Below are positions 16,444-27,012 of a stretch of DNA of 57,119 nt, piece after piece. Every line of letters begins with the position of its first letter. The first letter of the stretch is position 1. Made by a program: the position numbers and the translations under genes. This DNA comes from a virus. Lineage: Duplodnaviria > Caudoviricetes. The DNA is taken from IMG/VR virus record IMGVR_UViG_3300031840_000710, positions 1 through 57,119 of that record; one strand, given 5' to 3'. The notes beneath the pieces are model-generated. The model was given only the letters and a program-made list of their open reading frames with translations. It was not told the origin of the DNA and did no database searches.

Positions 16444-17361
16444 CTATGAAATTGTTGATTTTGCGAAACGAACTGGGACATCTACAGAGTATCCTGTTTT
16501 CATTCCTGTGACTCGTACGATTGAGTCGATATGTTTAACTGCTTTCCCTTCAAGTGTAGAAGTTCCACCCAACTGTGAAAAAAGGAAGGTGCTAGTATTC
16601 AGATCAATTGAAGCAGCAATTTTAAACTCCAAGCGGGTTCCTCTAGGTCCAGCAATCGCTTCAGAAAGTCCAGCGCTCTCATCTGTGATTTGACTCACAA
16701 GCCCAACGTCTACTGTGTAGTATGCTATGTTGTCATCGTCAATATAATCTTCTGGGACCATATCTCCGTTAATTGTTGCAATCTTACCTAGGCGGTTATC
16801 AATCTGAATGATATAAGAATCCTCAATCAAATCCGGATCTAGACTCTCTTTTGGAGAAATTTCAGAAGAATCAACTCCTTGATCCAGACGAATTCTATTG
16901 TCTCCTGCAAGGGAAGATCCAAATATAACACCAGGAACCGGTTGTCCGGCATTATAACCTACAGAATATGCTGTAACATTGTCTGCAGTTCCTTCAGTCT
17001 CAGCATCAACTGCGACTATAAAGGCACCTGAAGTGTGCATTTTGGTAGAACTGTTAAGTTGGTTGATTTTAACAACCGGTAGATAAAGAAGATTCATAGA
17101 ACCATAAGAAATCAATTTAGACTTAACAGACCCTGCGTTGTCTGTAAAAGCTTCAAGCACAGGAGTTTGTAGAATTTCTACATCATAATAAGCAGACCCA
17201 CTAGCGTGAGTTGCATTGTAAAGTGTATAATTGATCTCATCATCTGCAAGAGCAAATTTTGAAATTTGAAATGACCCATCGCCCTTTGCGAGAAGTTTTC
17301 TTCCGTGATCTGTTAAAACAGCATCTAAAATAATATCGCCGCTATTGTCTAGAAAGCCCAT
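16444..17361 (-). CDS. Virion structural protein (tail/baseplate)
   Basis: N-terminal DAVLTDHGRKLLAKG...FALADDEINY, similar to 22123..23082; SD AGGAG. Confidence 0.7.
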   Translation of the reverse strand: MGFLDNSGDIILDAVLTDHGRKLLAKGDGSFQISKFALADDEINYTLYNATHASGSAYYDVEILQTPVLEAFTDNAGSVKSKLISYGSMNLLYLPVVKINQLNSSTKMHTSGAFIVAVDAETEGTADNVTAYSVGYNAGQPVPGVIFGSSLAGDNRIRLDQGVDSSEISPKESLDPDLIEDSYIIQIDNRLGKIATINGDMVPEDYIDDDNIAYYTVDVGLVSQITDESAGLSEAIAGPRGTRLEFKIAASIDLNTSTFLFSQLGGTSTLEGKAVKHIDSIVRVTGMKTGYSVDVPVRFAKSTIS

Positions 17362-17386
17362 ATGTTTCTCCTAATAATATTCATAA

Positions 17387-17394
17387 TAAATAGT
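17387..17394 (-). promoter_or_regulatory. Putative late promoter ACTATTTA
   Basis: Exact octamer in the 38-nt gap upstream of a structural gene. Confidence 0.65.
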
Positions 17395-17399
17395 TTGTC

Positions 17400-19295
17400 C
17401 TAAATATTGTCCTTGTTTAAATTGAATTTTACATTTAAATCCACAATTTTTCCTGTATCTTTTGACTTTACTCTGATTTTAAATTTTTTACCCCACACTT
17501 TATCTGTGGCGGTACCTAGAGGTATATCGTTGATTTTTTTCTTAAAAGTACTTAAGCCCTGTATGAAATCTGTCTGATCGTCTAAAACCTTTTGTTGAAA
17601 TGCAGGTTTTATTTGCAGAAGATTTTTAAGCGTTTTATCTAGGAAAACCTCTTCTTTTTCCAATGTCACTACTCGGGACATGATTTTAGATCTTGAGGAA
17701 TCTTTGATGAGTTCTACCTCGTACACTGGTGTGGGATTGGATGGTGTCCCTATTACATTAATCGCTCTGAACATGTAATAATATTTTTTATTCGGCAACA
17801 AGTTTTCTTTGAACACAATTGATGTAGAGCTTCGTTTGTTTCTCACATCTAATGTTTTTGCGTTTTCAAAGTCTCTATAAGACATCGGCATCTCGTCTAG
17901 ACGAAATACTTCAAACTTTCCATCTTCTATAGAATATTCAAAATCTATTTTACCATCTACATCGGTTGGTATGTTTTCCATCGCAGGACTGTCTTGTTCT
18001 GTGACTTGTACAAAAGTCTCTTTTCTAGAATCATTGTTTAAATCTAAATATATTTTTATATAGTTTCCGGCGTTTGATTCATTTAAAAACTGAACGTGGG
18101 GTGGTAATGGAATCTTTGGCGATACTTTAATTGAAACTGTTTCAAAGTCAACTATGGCCATCTTGTAGGACGGAGAAGAAATAAAATCCACTTTAATACT
18201 ATCTTGTTCTTCTCGTATGTTGTCGACACGTGTTAGTGAACCATAAATTATACTATAAACTTGGAGTTCATATCTATATGTTTTATCAAGTTTAATTTGG
18301 TAGTCCATATATTCTTTCCATTCTTCCTCAAACATCCAAAAAGTTTGGATGGGTAGGGTGTCGGTATCAACGAACTTCTGTATTTTATATATAATAAATT
18401 CCTTTGCACACTCTTCACTATTATAAATTTGTGTAAAGGTTTTAACCAATTCTGCTCTCTTTTCATTGAGATAATTTATAAGCAAGAACTTTTTAAAATT
18501 GTTAGTAACATAATTTGATGTTTTCTTATCAGTTCCCATGATGAGCTTATCAGATGTATCCAAGGTCAGTGGATTGTTGTTTACAATATCTAAAATATCT
18601 TGAACAGCGATCGTTGTTACACTTGTGGAATTGTTAACATTAAAACCGACGTTAACAGTTTGATTGTTTGATATCAAGCCGCCAAACATTTCTTCTTGAA
18701 ACTTTATTTGCCTTAATAAACTCCCAATTACTTCATGTGTACCTTGGGAGTTTATTTGAATTCTATTATAATAACAAAACTCATTGAGAAACTTCTTGGC
18801 GCGTACCTTTTGAAACTCATTGCCAAATAAAATATTTCTCATTTTCACCACATCGGATTGTGGTCTGACTATGAGAGATTGTTGGTTATTTGCTATGTTT
18901 TGTATATAGCTCTTGGATATCGTATCCACAGCAATACTTTTTAGATTTTGAAATCTTTTGTTTTGTGCCTTAACATTCTCAATATAATAAAGGGGCAATT
19001 CTAGCTCTGATGCTTTTCTCGTTATGTTTTCATATTCATTTGAAGAGTAATTGAAAAAATTGTCCACATTCATATCTACGTTTAATGTTGTATTGTGATA
19101 AAGCTGCGTTCTATAATTTTCTAAAACAGAACGTAATTGTTGCTTCTGTTCTTCATTCTGTGGGCGCATTTCTAATTCGCTAACTATGCTCCCCTGGTTT
19201 GCTTGTCTTCTAGAAGAATAGTGTGATATTCCAAGGCTCTTAAGAAGACTCACAAGAGTGTTGGAATTAGAGTTTTTTAAATTAATTTTAGGCAT
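17400..19295 (-). CDS. Putative virion structural protein (631 aa) with Ig/FN3-like segments
   Basis: KTYRYEL and KKYYYMFRAINVIGTPSNPTPVY resemble FN3 strands; lies within the structural block. Confidence 0.6.
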   Translation of the reverse strand: MPKINLKNSNSNTLVSLLKSLGISHYSSRRQANQGSIVSELEMRPQNEEQKQQLRSVLENYRTQLYHNTTLNVDMNVDNFFNYSSNEYENITRKASELELPLYYIENVKAQNKRFQNLKSIAVDTISKSYIQNIANNQQSLIVRPQSDVVKMRNILFGNEFQKVRAKKFLNEFCYYNRIQINSQGTHEVIGSLLRQIKFQEEMFGGLISNNQTVNVGFNVNNSTSVTTIAVQDILDIVNNNPLTLDTSDKLIMGTDKKTSNYVTNNFKKFLLINYLNEKRAELVKTFTQIYNSEECAKEFIIYKIQKFVDTDTLPIQTFWMFEEEWKEYMDYQIKLDKTYRYELQVYSIIYGSLTRVDNIREEQDSIKVDFISSPSYKMAIVDFETVSIKVSPKIPLPPHVQFLNESNAGNYIKIYLDLNNDSRKETFVQVTEQDSPAMENIPTDVDGKIDFEYSIEDGKFEVFRLDEMPMSYRDFENAKTLDVRNKRSSTSIVFKENLLPNKKYYYMFRAINVIGTPSNPTPVYEVELIKDSSRSKIMSRVVTLEKEEVFLDKTLKNLLQIKPAFQQKVLDDQTDFIQGLSTFKKKINDIPLGTATDKVWGKKFKIRVKSKDTGKIVDLNVKFNLNKDNI

Positions 19296-22123
19296 TAGTA
19301 AGATCCGAATGAATTTGTATCAACACTGATTGGAACACCACTAGTATTTTGAGGTGCTGTGGGTGTTTGAGCGGCATCTGTTGTCTGCTGTATTTCTACA
19401 GTCATAGGTTGGTTTGTTTGTGTGACAATGTTAGAATTCATAAATTCATATGAGATATCTAGTGTATTATAATTAGGCTGATTATCAATTGTTTGAGCCG
19501 ATGGCTTCACAGTCAAATTTATATCAGACATAATAAAAGAGGAATCTACAACAGAAACTTGGTTTTCACCTGTGATGTTAAACTTGTTGTTCGTATAGGA
19601 CTGCAAAAAACAGATTACAGGTTTTGATGTTAATTGAAAGTTATTCAAAAGCATAGATTTATAGACCGGCCTATTCAAAAGAATATTATTGTTTTTGTCT
19701 TGCTCAAAGCCGTCTACATATACTAATTGCTGCACAGAGAAATTATTAAGTTCATAGTAGTTTTTTGTCTTTGGATTCGCCAATAAATCTGTTCCGGAAG
19801 TAACATAATCTGTTCTTGTTGCTGATGACTGTCCATTGATTACCGCTTTAAGTTGATTTGGTAGGTTTACTGCCTCGTCTCCCGATAGGAGTTTTGTGGC
19901 CGCTAAGGTTGCAGAAAATGTTCTATTGTTTTGATATCCCGTAAGTGCATTGTTCACTTTTTGACTTGATCCTGTTTTACTCTCAATAACATTGTAAGAA
20001 TCAACAACATCTGTATAAGACACAAAGGATTGACCAGAGCCGATAATCTTAGAAGAATCCACAAATGCTTCACCAGTATCTTCTGCATCTTGCTGCGGAA
20101 TTTTTGGCTCCTCTACAGCGATGGCGGGGGCTGTATTGCTGGGTGGGTTATCGAAGGGACTCACCTGTGGAGCAATGGCGCCCAAACCTGTGTTTAATGG
20201 ATCAAAGGGATCATATGCTGTTCCACCCATCAATAATCTTGTCTGTCCTGTATGCATCAATGTTGGACCAAAAAAAGTAGTCTTGGTTGTTGATATATCG
20301 CTTAGGCCAACATTGGTATCCGTATCTAGATCTGGGCTATTTATTGTTGGGGTTCCAAGAAAATTATTCTCTGTTTCTTCGTTAGCTCTATTTTCTATAT
20401 CAAATTTTGTAAAAATCTTCATAGAGGGACTGTTTGATTGGTCCATATACGCAAAACCAACAGCATTAGAAGCTGGTTCAACAATCTTGTCAAAAGTCTT
20501 ATCAATTAAAATTCTGCTGGTTGTTTGATTCTTTGACATTATGCTTACTCTTTCTTTTTTAGAATAAGTTTTCTCTGCATCAAAGTCCAAGAATACCAAA
20601 AACTCACCATATAAATCCTCGTATTGCTTTTGAAAGTTCTTTATAGACCTTTGATTTGCTGTTTGAGTGTTCAATAAAGTAAACATTTTAAGAGATAATT
20701 TGCTTCTCTCGTTGTCCGTTAACTGATAAATATAAGAATAATAAGACACATAAGAGTTTACTAAAGATTGCACATCCACACCAGCAATAGTCAAGTCTCT
20801 ACCTCTAGAGGCAAAAGAAGCATATCTTTTAATATCTGATAAATCTTGTTTCATTAACCTAGATATATTTGAGAGAAAAACATAAACAGGATCAGAAAAC
20901 TGCAGATCTATTTTATATTTGTATTTGCCGGGGGTTTTCTCGGTCAATTCGTAATCATTAAATTGAAAGGTTCTTATTTCTTCACCATATTGAAAGAACA
21001 GTTCTTGAATCATAGCGATTTTTTTATAATCACTAAGCTGTTCTTTAAATATTTCATTTTTCTTTCTGTTGGGCTCGTTCGCGTCCGAGCGAAGCTCTGA
21101 TTCAACAATGTCAAATGATCCATTACGCTCTAGTCTTGTGGAATTTCTAATCACCCCATTAATATCGTATGTTTTGATGATGTTTTTCTTTGAAAAAATA
21201 TTCTGCGTAACTTGTTTTTTGCTCCTTAGGCGAGTAGATTGATTGTAGACTCTAATTCTTTGACGCTGTATTGTCATCAAATTTATTTTAAAGTTGCCAA
21301 GTATCTGTGAGACAACACCGGAAGATGCTCTATTAAGAAAAGAGCCGTATTTTGTGTGGTTTTTTAGAAGTGTTTTCAAATTAAGCATAAACATAGCATT
21401 AATATCTGTATTTGAGCTGTAAGATACAATTAAATCGCTTAAAAAATTTGCAGATGAGTCTGTTGTTTGGCTGTTTGTTTTTTTAGTTCCACGAAAATCT
21501 TTAATTTTTGCATTTGGAATCGTTAATCTGCTTAGGTTCGCGTGTGGAGTTTGTGTATGATAAGAGCCAATCATATATCTACCATTGTGTTGATGCACAG
21601 GACCTGGCCAGTATTGCCCATTATCTTGTGTAAAAACGTTGGTATTTGCTACAATATTTGAATTATTAAGCACGCTCTCGGACTTTATGGGGCCATAGTA
21701 GTCTTGCGACATTGAGAAGCCATATTCTTCCAAAACTTGCACTTTATCAATAAAACAGAATGAATATATATTTAAGTGTCTTGTGTTGATTGGGATAGAT
21801 TTTCGGAAAGTAACTTCAAAGACTAAATTACTTCCGGATTCTCTAGCTGAGGGGACCGTTCTAGTTTCTGATACCATAGACACAGGCGAAATCTCTCCGC
21901 GTGTTAATTGATTACTTTGATCAACATTTGTGGACATAATCAAACCAATTCTCAATAGCTGGGTAAGAGCTTCAGAGGTATCAAACCATATAGAACCGTT
22001 TTCTAGATCGTGTACCCTAACTGTGACCTCCACTTCTATGTGTCCAGAATCATGATCAAATATTGATACTTCTTTAATATATGCGTTTGGTAGATTCTCA
22101 AACCCAACAAGTTCTATAGACAT
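19295..22123 (-). CDS. Putative virion structural protein (about 942 aa)
   Basis: Long ORF coupled by TAATG overlaps at both ends; no recognised catalytic motif. Confidence 0.65.
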   Translation of the reverse strand: MSIELVGFENLPNAYIKEVSIFDHDSGHIEVEVTVRVHDLENGSIWFDTSEALTQLLRIGLIMSTNVDQSNQLTRGEISPVSMVSETRTVPSARESGSNLVFEVTFRKSIPINTRHLNIYSFCFIDKVQVLEEYGFSMSQDYYGPIKSESVLNNSNIVANTNVFTQDNGQYWPGPVHQHNGRYMIGSYHTQTPHANLSRLTIPNAKIKDFRGTKKTNSQTTDSSANFLSDLIVSYSSNTDINAMFMLNLKTLLKNHTKYGSFLNRASSGVVSQILGNFKINLMTIQRQRIRVYNQSTRLRSKKQVTQNIFSKKNIIKTYDINGVIRNSTRLERNGSFDIVESELRSDANEPNRKKNEIFKEQLSDYKKIAMIQELFFQYGEEIRTFQFNDYELTEKTPGKYKYKIDLQFSDPVYVFLSNISRLMKQDLSDIKRYASFASRGRDLTIAGVDVQSLVNSYVSYYSYIYQLTDNERSKLSLKMFTLLNTQTANQRSIKNFQKQYEDLYGEFLVFLDFDAEKTYSKKERVSIMSKNQTTSRILIDKTFDKIVEPASNAVGFAYMDQSNSPSMKIFTKFDIENRANEETENNFLGTPTINSPDLDTDTNVGLSDISTTKTTFFGPTLMHTGQTRLLMGGTAYDPFDPLNTGLGAIAPQVSPFDNPPSNTAPAIAVEEPKIPQQDAEDTGEAFVDSSKIIGSGQSFVSYTDVVDSYNVIESKTGSSQKVNNALTGYQNNRTFSATLAATKLLSGDEAVNLPNQLKAVINGQSSATRTDYVTSGTDLLANPKTKNYYELNNFSVQQLVYVDGFEQDKNNNILLNRPVYKSMLLNNFQLTSKPVICFLQSYTNNKFNITGENQVSVVDSSFIMSDINLTVKPSAQTIDNQPNYNTLDISYEFMNSNIVTQTNQPMTVEIQQTTDAAQTPTAPQNTSGVPISVDTNSFGSY

Positions 22124-23082
22124 TAGCAATCCTCCAAGTCTTCGGGTCTCACGCGAGAGCCATATATATTAACATCAATATTTTCGCGATCTGGGCATTC
22201 AACTTCTAGATCTAAGAAAATGTCTTTCGCTTTTAATCTGCGAACGCCGGCGCAGATGTCCTCTTCCGGTATCTCTTTGTCAACAGAAATATCCATATAA
22301 TACTCAACGTAATCTGTTGTTAAGTCATCAGGTGCATCAATTGATTGGTTGATATCCGGCGAAAAATCTGGTTGATCAACAAGCATATTATTCTGTATCT
22401 GTCTATCTTGTTGATAAAATTTAAGCTTTCTATCAATTTCAATCTCGTCTGATTCATATAGATAGACCTCAACCTCGTATGAGTCTTTATGAAAAAACCC
22501 GTTTCTTTCAAATATATTTAGCAAAACTTGTTCCTCTATGATATCCACAAAGCTTCCGTCAGGTTTAACAGTAGCCGGCAGATCTCTATTAAATAGCAAT
22601 CCACTGTTGGATAGTTCAAATTTATTCTGATTTCCTACAGACATTGTATACTCTAAAGTCATTTCCAATTGTGGAATCGGCTGTGTTGCGGTTGTTGAGC
22701 CTGTGAGGGTTAACGAAGTTGTATCAATTTCGCCCAAGAGAGCGGTTATATTCCAACCTGCGGCTCTAGTCTCTGCTGTATTGTTTGTTCCGATCTTCTG
22801 CTGAAGATATGTAACTTGCTCAACTTTATTGTCAGCGTTATACAAGCTTGTGTCAACGCCCTTATAATTTGTTTGAGGCTTCATATATGGTGTCTCGGAG
22901 AGAATTCTATTCTTTGTTTGGGAATTGTTCTCTGTGCCTCCACCTTGTGTAATATCATAAAGCACATCGTCATCCAAGAACGAATAATACTTAGGCATTA
23001 ATTTTCCTTGTGATAGAAGCCTTCTACCGTGGGGCGTCAGCTCAATCTTCAATACGTCTTCTTTTTTATTAAAAAATGTCAT
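22123..23082 (-). CDS. Virion structural protein (tail/baseplate), N-terminally similar to 16444..17361
   Basis: IELTPHGRRLLSQG...FLDDDVLY. Confidence 0.65.
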   Translation of the reverse strand: MTFFNKKEDVLKIELTPHGRRLLSQGKLMPKYYSFLDDDVLYDITQGGGTENNSQTKNRILSETPYMKPQTNYKGVDTSLYNADNKVEQVTYLQQKIGTNNTAETRAAGWNITALLGEIDTTSLTLTGSTTATQPIPQLEMTLEYTMSVGNQNKFELSNSGLLFNRDLPATVKPDGSFVDIIEEQVLLNIFERNGFFHKDSYEVEVYLYESDEIEIDRKLKFYQQDRQIQNNMLVDQPDFSPDINQSIDAPDDLTTDYVEYYMDISVDKEIPEEDICAGVRRLKAKDIFLDLEVECPDRENIDVNIYGSRVRPEDLEDC

Positions 23083-26000
23083 TAGTTATCCTCCGGTTTT
23101 GGACCCGCATCATATCCGCCATCTTCCGGATCTCTGCGGCCATCACCATCATAATCAGAATTCTTTTGAGTTGCTGTGATTAGTTCGTATGGCGAATTTG
23201 GGTTGTTGAGGTTCTGTCTTTGCCACATTTGATATTCTCCATCTCCGAGGGCACCAGCTGCTTTGAGTTTCGCTCTATCCTCTGCTACCCTTTGTTGATA
23301 GGCTTCTTCTTCCTTCAAGATTTTATACGCAGCACCTTTCGCTCGTCGTTCTGCTTGAGCCGCTGCAGCAGTATTAAATCTAACTTCTTTAAGACTAGCA
23401 TCTAGAGAAGTACCTCCGGCGCCAACTTTATTGCCCAAAACAGGAACAATTGTATCACGAGGCTCTTGACCTGACTTAACGGCTCTTTCAGCAAATTTAA
23501 CTTCTGTTTCAATCTTCGCTAGCTCTACTAGGGAAAAGAAATCATAAGGCCAGTTGTAAGATATTTCTGCTTGATCTTCTTGGAAAAGATTAGTGTCTCC
23601 TCTCCCTATGATCTTCAAATTATAATCTATATTCGCTCTTTGCTTAACCTTGAATACCATCCAACGGACACGATCGGGTATTTCATTCCCAATAGCATTC
23701 ACGTCAAGTGTTCCTTCGGGATTTAATTTTGCTCCACCGCCAAGTAGTTCGTGAGCTAACAATTCATGACTTATAGAGGATTCTGCTGTATCAAAAGTTC
23801 TTCCAATTTCCGGATATAGATTCTGCCAAATATTTGCGAGATCTTGTTTCTTAAGAGTGTGAGAGAATTGGAAAATATACATTGCAAACGGATCAATTGC
23901 ATCGTTCCTTAAAAAGTCCATTGATGGCGGAAACACATATCCTTGCATTTTTACAATCATTTTAAGAACAGAGTCTCCGACCAGTGCTCGTTCTGTTTCA
24001 GTTCCGAACGCTCTTGTTATATCTATTCTGGGTATACGGAAGAATTTTCTATTTCCCTCTTCTTCAATGAATGGAACAGCAACAACCGCTTCCCTAATTT
24101 CTTTTGTATCTGCTATTTCACCAAGTTTTTTTGTTTCTGTTGTGAACCCGCACAAATCAGCCAAAGATTCAACTGTTGATGAGTCTCCTCCCAACGATTC
24201 GTCTATCCAAGCATTGGGCACATTATCAACTTGTAAAAATATTCCTTTTGTTGGATCTGTTTCAATATTTCCATATTGATGCCACATACCTCGTGGAACA
24301 GACTGAGAAGCATTTAGTGGAAGTGTTATACTGTTGCTAGCAGAAAGGTGATTGAAATTAAGCATTGGAGTTTCAAATTTTGTTTGAATAACCCAACGAG
24401 AAGGAGGGTCGCTTGGATCAGCGCCTGCTGCGCCTGCTGAGGTTTGTGAGAATAAGTTCACACTAGCGTTTAAATCCATGGCATGAGCATTGATGCTGAT
24501 TTTTTTAATGTATTCATTATCACTTGTATCGATGGGTGCATATCTATGAAAAGCAACAGTAGAACCAGAAATTATTTCTTGAATGGAGTGTTTTCCACTT
24601 CTAGTTGGAGTAAAAGTGATATCCGCCCAAGACTGTCCATAATAATATGGTGGAGTAAAAGCATAATTTTCTCCTTGGTCTGCTAGTGGTATATCGTAAT
24701 CAACGGATGCCAGAGTTCCTGTTAAGTACAGAGGAGGACCAAAAGCGGATGGGCGTGAATACATGGTGAATGTCTCGCGAGTGTCGCTGCTGTATTGTGG
24801 TGGAGTATAGAATCCACCAGAAGAAGAAACATTTGGGAGACTTGCTTGATCTGTACTCTTATACATCTTTACTCTCATCATATACGTTTTTCCAACTTCC
24901 GCATTTCCAACATTTGTATCGTTTGATGGAAGCGAAGATATTTGGGTCATATTTTTTTCACGCATAAAGAATTCTGTTGTCTCAGCTAAAAAGTTGTTAG
25001 CCATAAGTTTATAGCGATTGTTTCCATTTCCATCCCAAGATACAGAGCCAGAGTTGTTTGCATAAATATGAGGCTCATTGCAGTAGACGGGAGAACCAGC
25101 AAGATGTTTTTCCGGCTCAACAAGGGCCTCAAAGGGAATTCTACGGTTAAAAGTATCACCGGTTGTGGTTTTTATATAATAATTATCATTGCTTGTTGTT
25201 ACATTTGTCGCTATTGAGAGATTTGCATCAATCAGAGGATAGTCAACGGCAACACCAGACTTTATTGTATTAAAGAAAATACCCGGAGCGAACGTTGGAA
25301 CCATCAGATTTTGAAAAAGTGGCTCATCGTTTGTATTGACACCGAAAGTACTTGCAGCACCAGATACTGCGACAAAATCTCTATACGAATCATAAAACTG
25401 CTTTGCTAAGTCAACAGATCTTTGCGCGGGATAGAATCCTTCGTATGGGAGAAACTTTTTGATTGCTTTACATTTAAGAGAAATTGAATTAGGTGTAACA
25501 AATTCCTTATGGTCTTTCTTCACAACCTCAAAGTGCTTCATAAACTCTGATGTTGAATAAATCTTGTAAAAATTATCTTTGGAAGAATCGGTTGTATCCG
25601 ATAAAGCGCCGGTTAAAGAGAATATATTTGATACTTCCTCGGTTAGTCCCGTTGATTCGTAGGTCTCAATGTGCTCGCTTATTCTGAATTCCGGAATGAT
25701 TGAATAATCTTTTCCGTGTTGACGGACATCTTGAATGTAGTTGTCGTATGTGTCGTAGAATGGATTAAGACCAGATTGGGTACCAGCTTCCCATTTGGCT
25801 TCACCGGATGGTATTTGCTTACTGCTAATATCTCCAAATGTTGTTCCAAAATTTATTCCCTCTATTTTCATGCCGTTTGGAGAAACAACGGAAGAAGACA
25901 GCAACGTAACGTGTGGTCTATTGTACCTTGGGGCAACACCCAGGGTATTTTTTAGAGAACCGACTGAAACGAAAACATTAAGATTAAGTTCTCCGAAACT

Positions 26001-27011
26001 ATATCTATTTTGTAGTATACCGCCGTCGTTACCTTTGGTGTGTCTGGTGCCGCTCCAATTCTGCCAAGTTCCATTGGTGGCTGTTTCAACTGCCAATGAG
26101 GAAAAATCAGAGTAACTATCCAACGACCAAACACTCTGTGTTACAATGCTAGTGAAGATGTTTTGAAAAAAGAAGCCATTATCGGCAAATTCTTCTGTTC
26201 TATTTGTCCTATCGTCTCTCCATGGGAAAGAAAATGTTGTTCTTTGTCTCGTATAATTCTTATATTGATAAACACGAGGAGGATAAACACATTCGCGATA
26301 ACTAAAGAACTCAAATGTATCCATTGGAGAACCGTCTTTATCAAGCCCTCCGTTAAGATAAAAGTCTTTGACGGTATTGTATTGCGTGGATCGTTGAACT
26401 CTCAATCCATTATACTTATTGATTTCTTCATTCTTAAAGAAGTTTGTTTCGTTTCCATATGAAGAAACCAATTCAAATCTCTCAAGCGTTCCGTCATTAA
26501 TTATAGAGGCTCCACCAACAACAAAAGGTTTGTAGCGAGAAGATACGGGGTTTTCATCAAATTTCTTAATGGCTCCGTATTTCCCTCTTACCGTATTAAG
26601 CTTGCCGTTATTGTCCATAACGATCTCGGGACCGGGTTCTTCAACAAATGTAAAGACGTTCTCTTTGTTTTGTCTTCTTGTTAAAGGGTTTTGCCCTATT
26701 CTTATCTGCTTCCAAGTTGGAAATCCGTACGGACCATTTCTTTTAAGCATAAGAGCAGGAAAGAACGAAGCGGTTGTTGGAAGGTTATGAGGGAAAAGGT
26801 AGTTTTTGGCATTTTTTAGGTCATATGTAAATATGGATGGTAATCCTAAACCCATAGTATTCTGTGTGATTGGAAAATTTGTGCTATTACCATCCCAGTT
26901 TATTTTTTCATAATTATTTCCAACACCGACAATAGTTTGATTCTCTGGGCTCCAGCCCACAGGTTCATAAATAAATGTGTTTAATCCAACAAAGTCTACA
27001 TAATACGCCAT
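23082..27011 (-). CDS. Large virion structural protein (about 1309 aa)
   Basis: Long ORF in structural block; start moved to MAYYV (SD GGAG); C-terminal charged helix and DYDGDG motif. Confidence 0.7.
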   Translation of the reverse strand: MAYYVDFVGLNTFIYEPVGWSPENQTIVGVGNNYEKINWDGNSTNFPITQNTMGLGLPSIFTYDLKNAKNYLFPHNLPTTASFFPALMLKRNGPYGFPTWKQIRIGQNPLTRRQNKENVFTFVEEPGPEIVMDNNGKLNTVRGKYGAIKKFDENPVSSRYKPFVVGGASIINDGTLERFELVSSYGNETNFFKNEEINKYNGLRVQRSTQYNTVKDFYLNGGLDKDGSPMDTFEFFSYRECVYPPRVYQYKNYTRQRTTFSFPWRDDRTNRTEEFADNGFFFQNIFTSIVTQSVWSLDSYSDFSSLAVETATNGTWQNWSGTRHTKGNDGGILQNRYSFGELNLNVFVSVGSLKNTLGVAPRYNRPHVTLLSSSVVSPNGMKIEGINFGTTFGDISSKQIPSGEAKWEAGTQSGLNPFYDTYDNYIQDVRQHGKDYSIIPEFRISEHIETYESTGLTEEVSNIFSLTGALSDTTDSSKDNFYKIYSTSEFMKHFEVVKKDHKEFVTPNSISLKCKAIKKFLPYEGFYPAQRSVDLAKQFYDSYRDFVAVSGAASTFGVNTNDEPLFQNLMVPTFAPGIFFNTIKSGVAVDYPLIDANLSIATNVTTSNDNYYIKTTTGDTFNRRIPFEALVEPEKHLAGSPVYCNEPHIYANNSGSVSWDGNGNNRYKLMANNFLAETTEFFMREKNMTQISSLPSNDTNVGNAEVGKTYMMRVKMYKSTDQASLPNVSSSGGFYTPPQYSSDTRETFTMYSRPSAFGPPLYLTGTLASVDYDIPLADQGENYAFTPPYYYGQSWADITFTPTRSGKHSIQEIISGSTVAFHRYAPIDTSDNEYIKKISINAHAMDLNASVNLFSQTSAGAAGADPSDPPSRWVIQTKFETPMLNFNHLSASNSITLPLNASQSVPRGMWHQYGNIETDPTKGIFLQVDNVPNAWIDESLGGDSSTVESLADLCGFTTETKKLGEIADTKEIREAVVAVPFIEEEGNRKFFRIPRIDITRAFGTETERALVGDSVLKMIVKMQGYVFPPSMDFLRNDAIDPFAMYIFQFSHTLKKQDLANIWQNLYPEIGRTFDTAESSISHELLAHELLGGGAKLNPEGTLDVNAIGNEIPDRVRWMVFKVKQRANIDYNLKIIGRGDTNLFQEDQAEISYNWPYDFFSLVELAKIETEVKFAERAVKSGQEPRDTIVPVLGNKVGAGGTSLDASLKEVRFNTAAAAQAERRAKGAAYKILKEEEAYQQRVAEDRAKLKAAGALGDGEYQMWQRQNLNNPNSPYELITATQKNSDYDGDGRRDPEDGGYDAGPKPEDN

Positions 27012-27012
27012 T

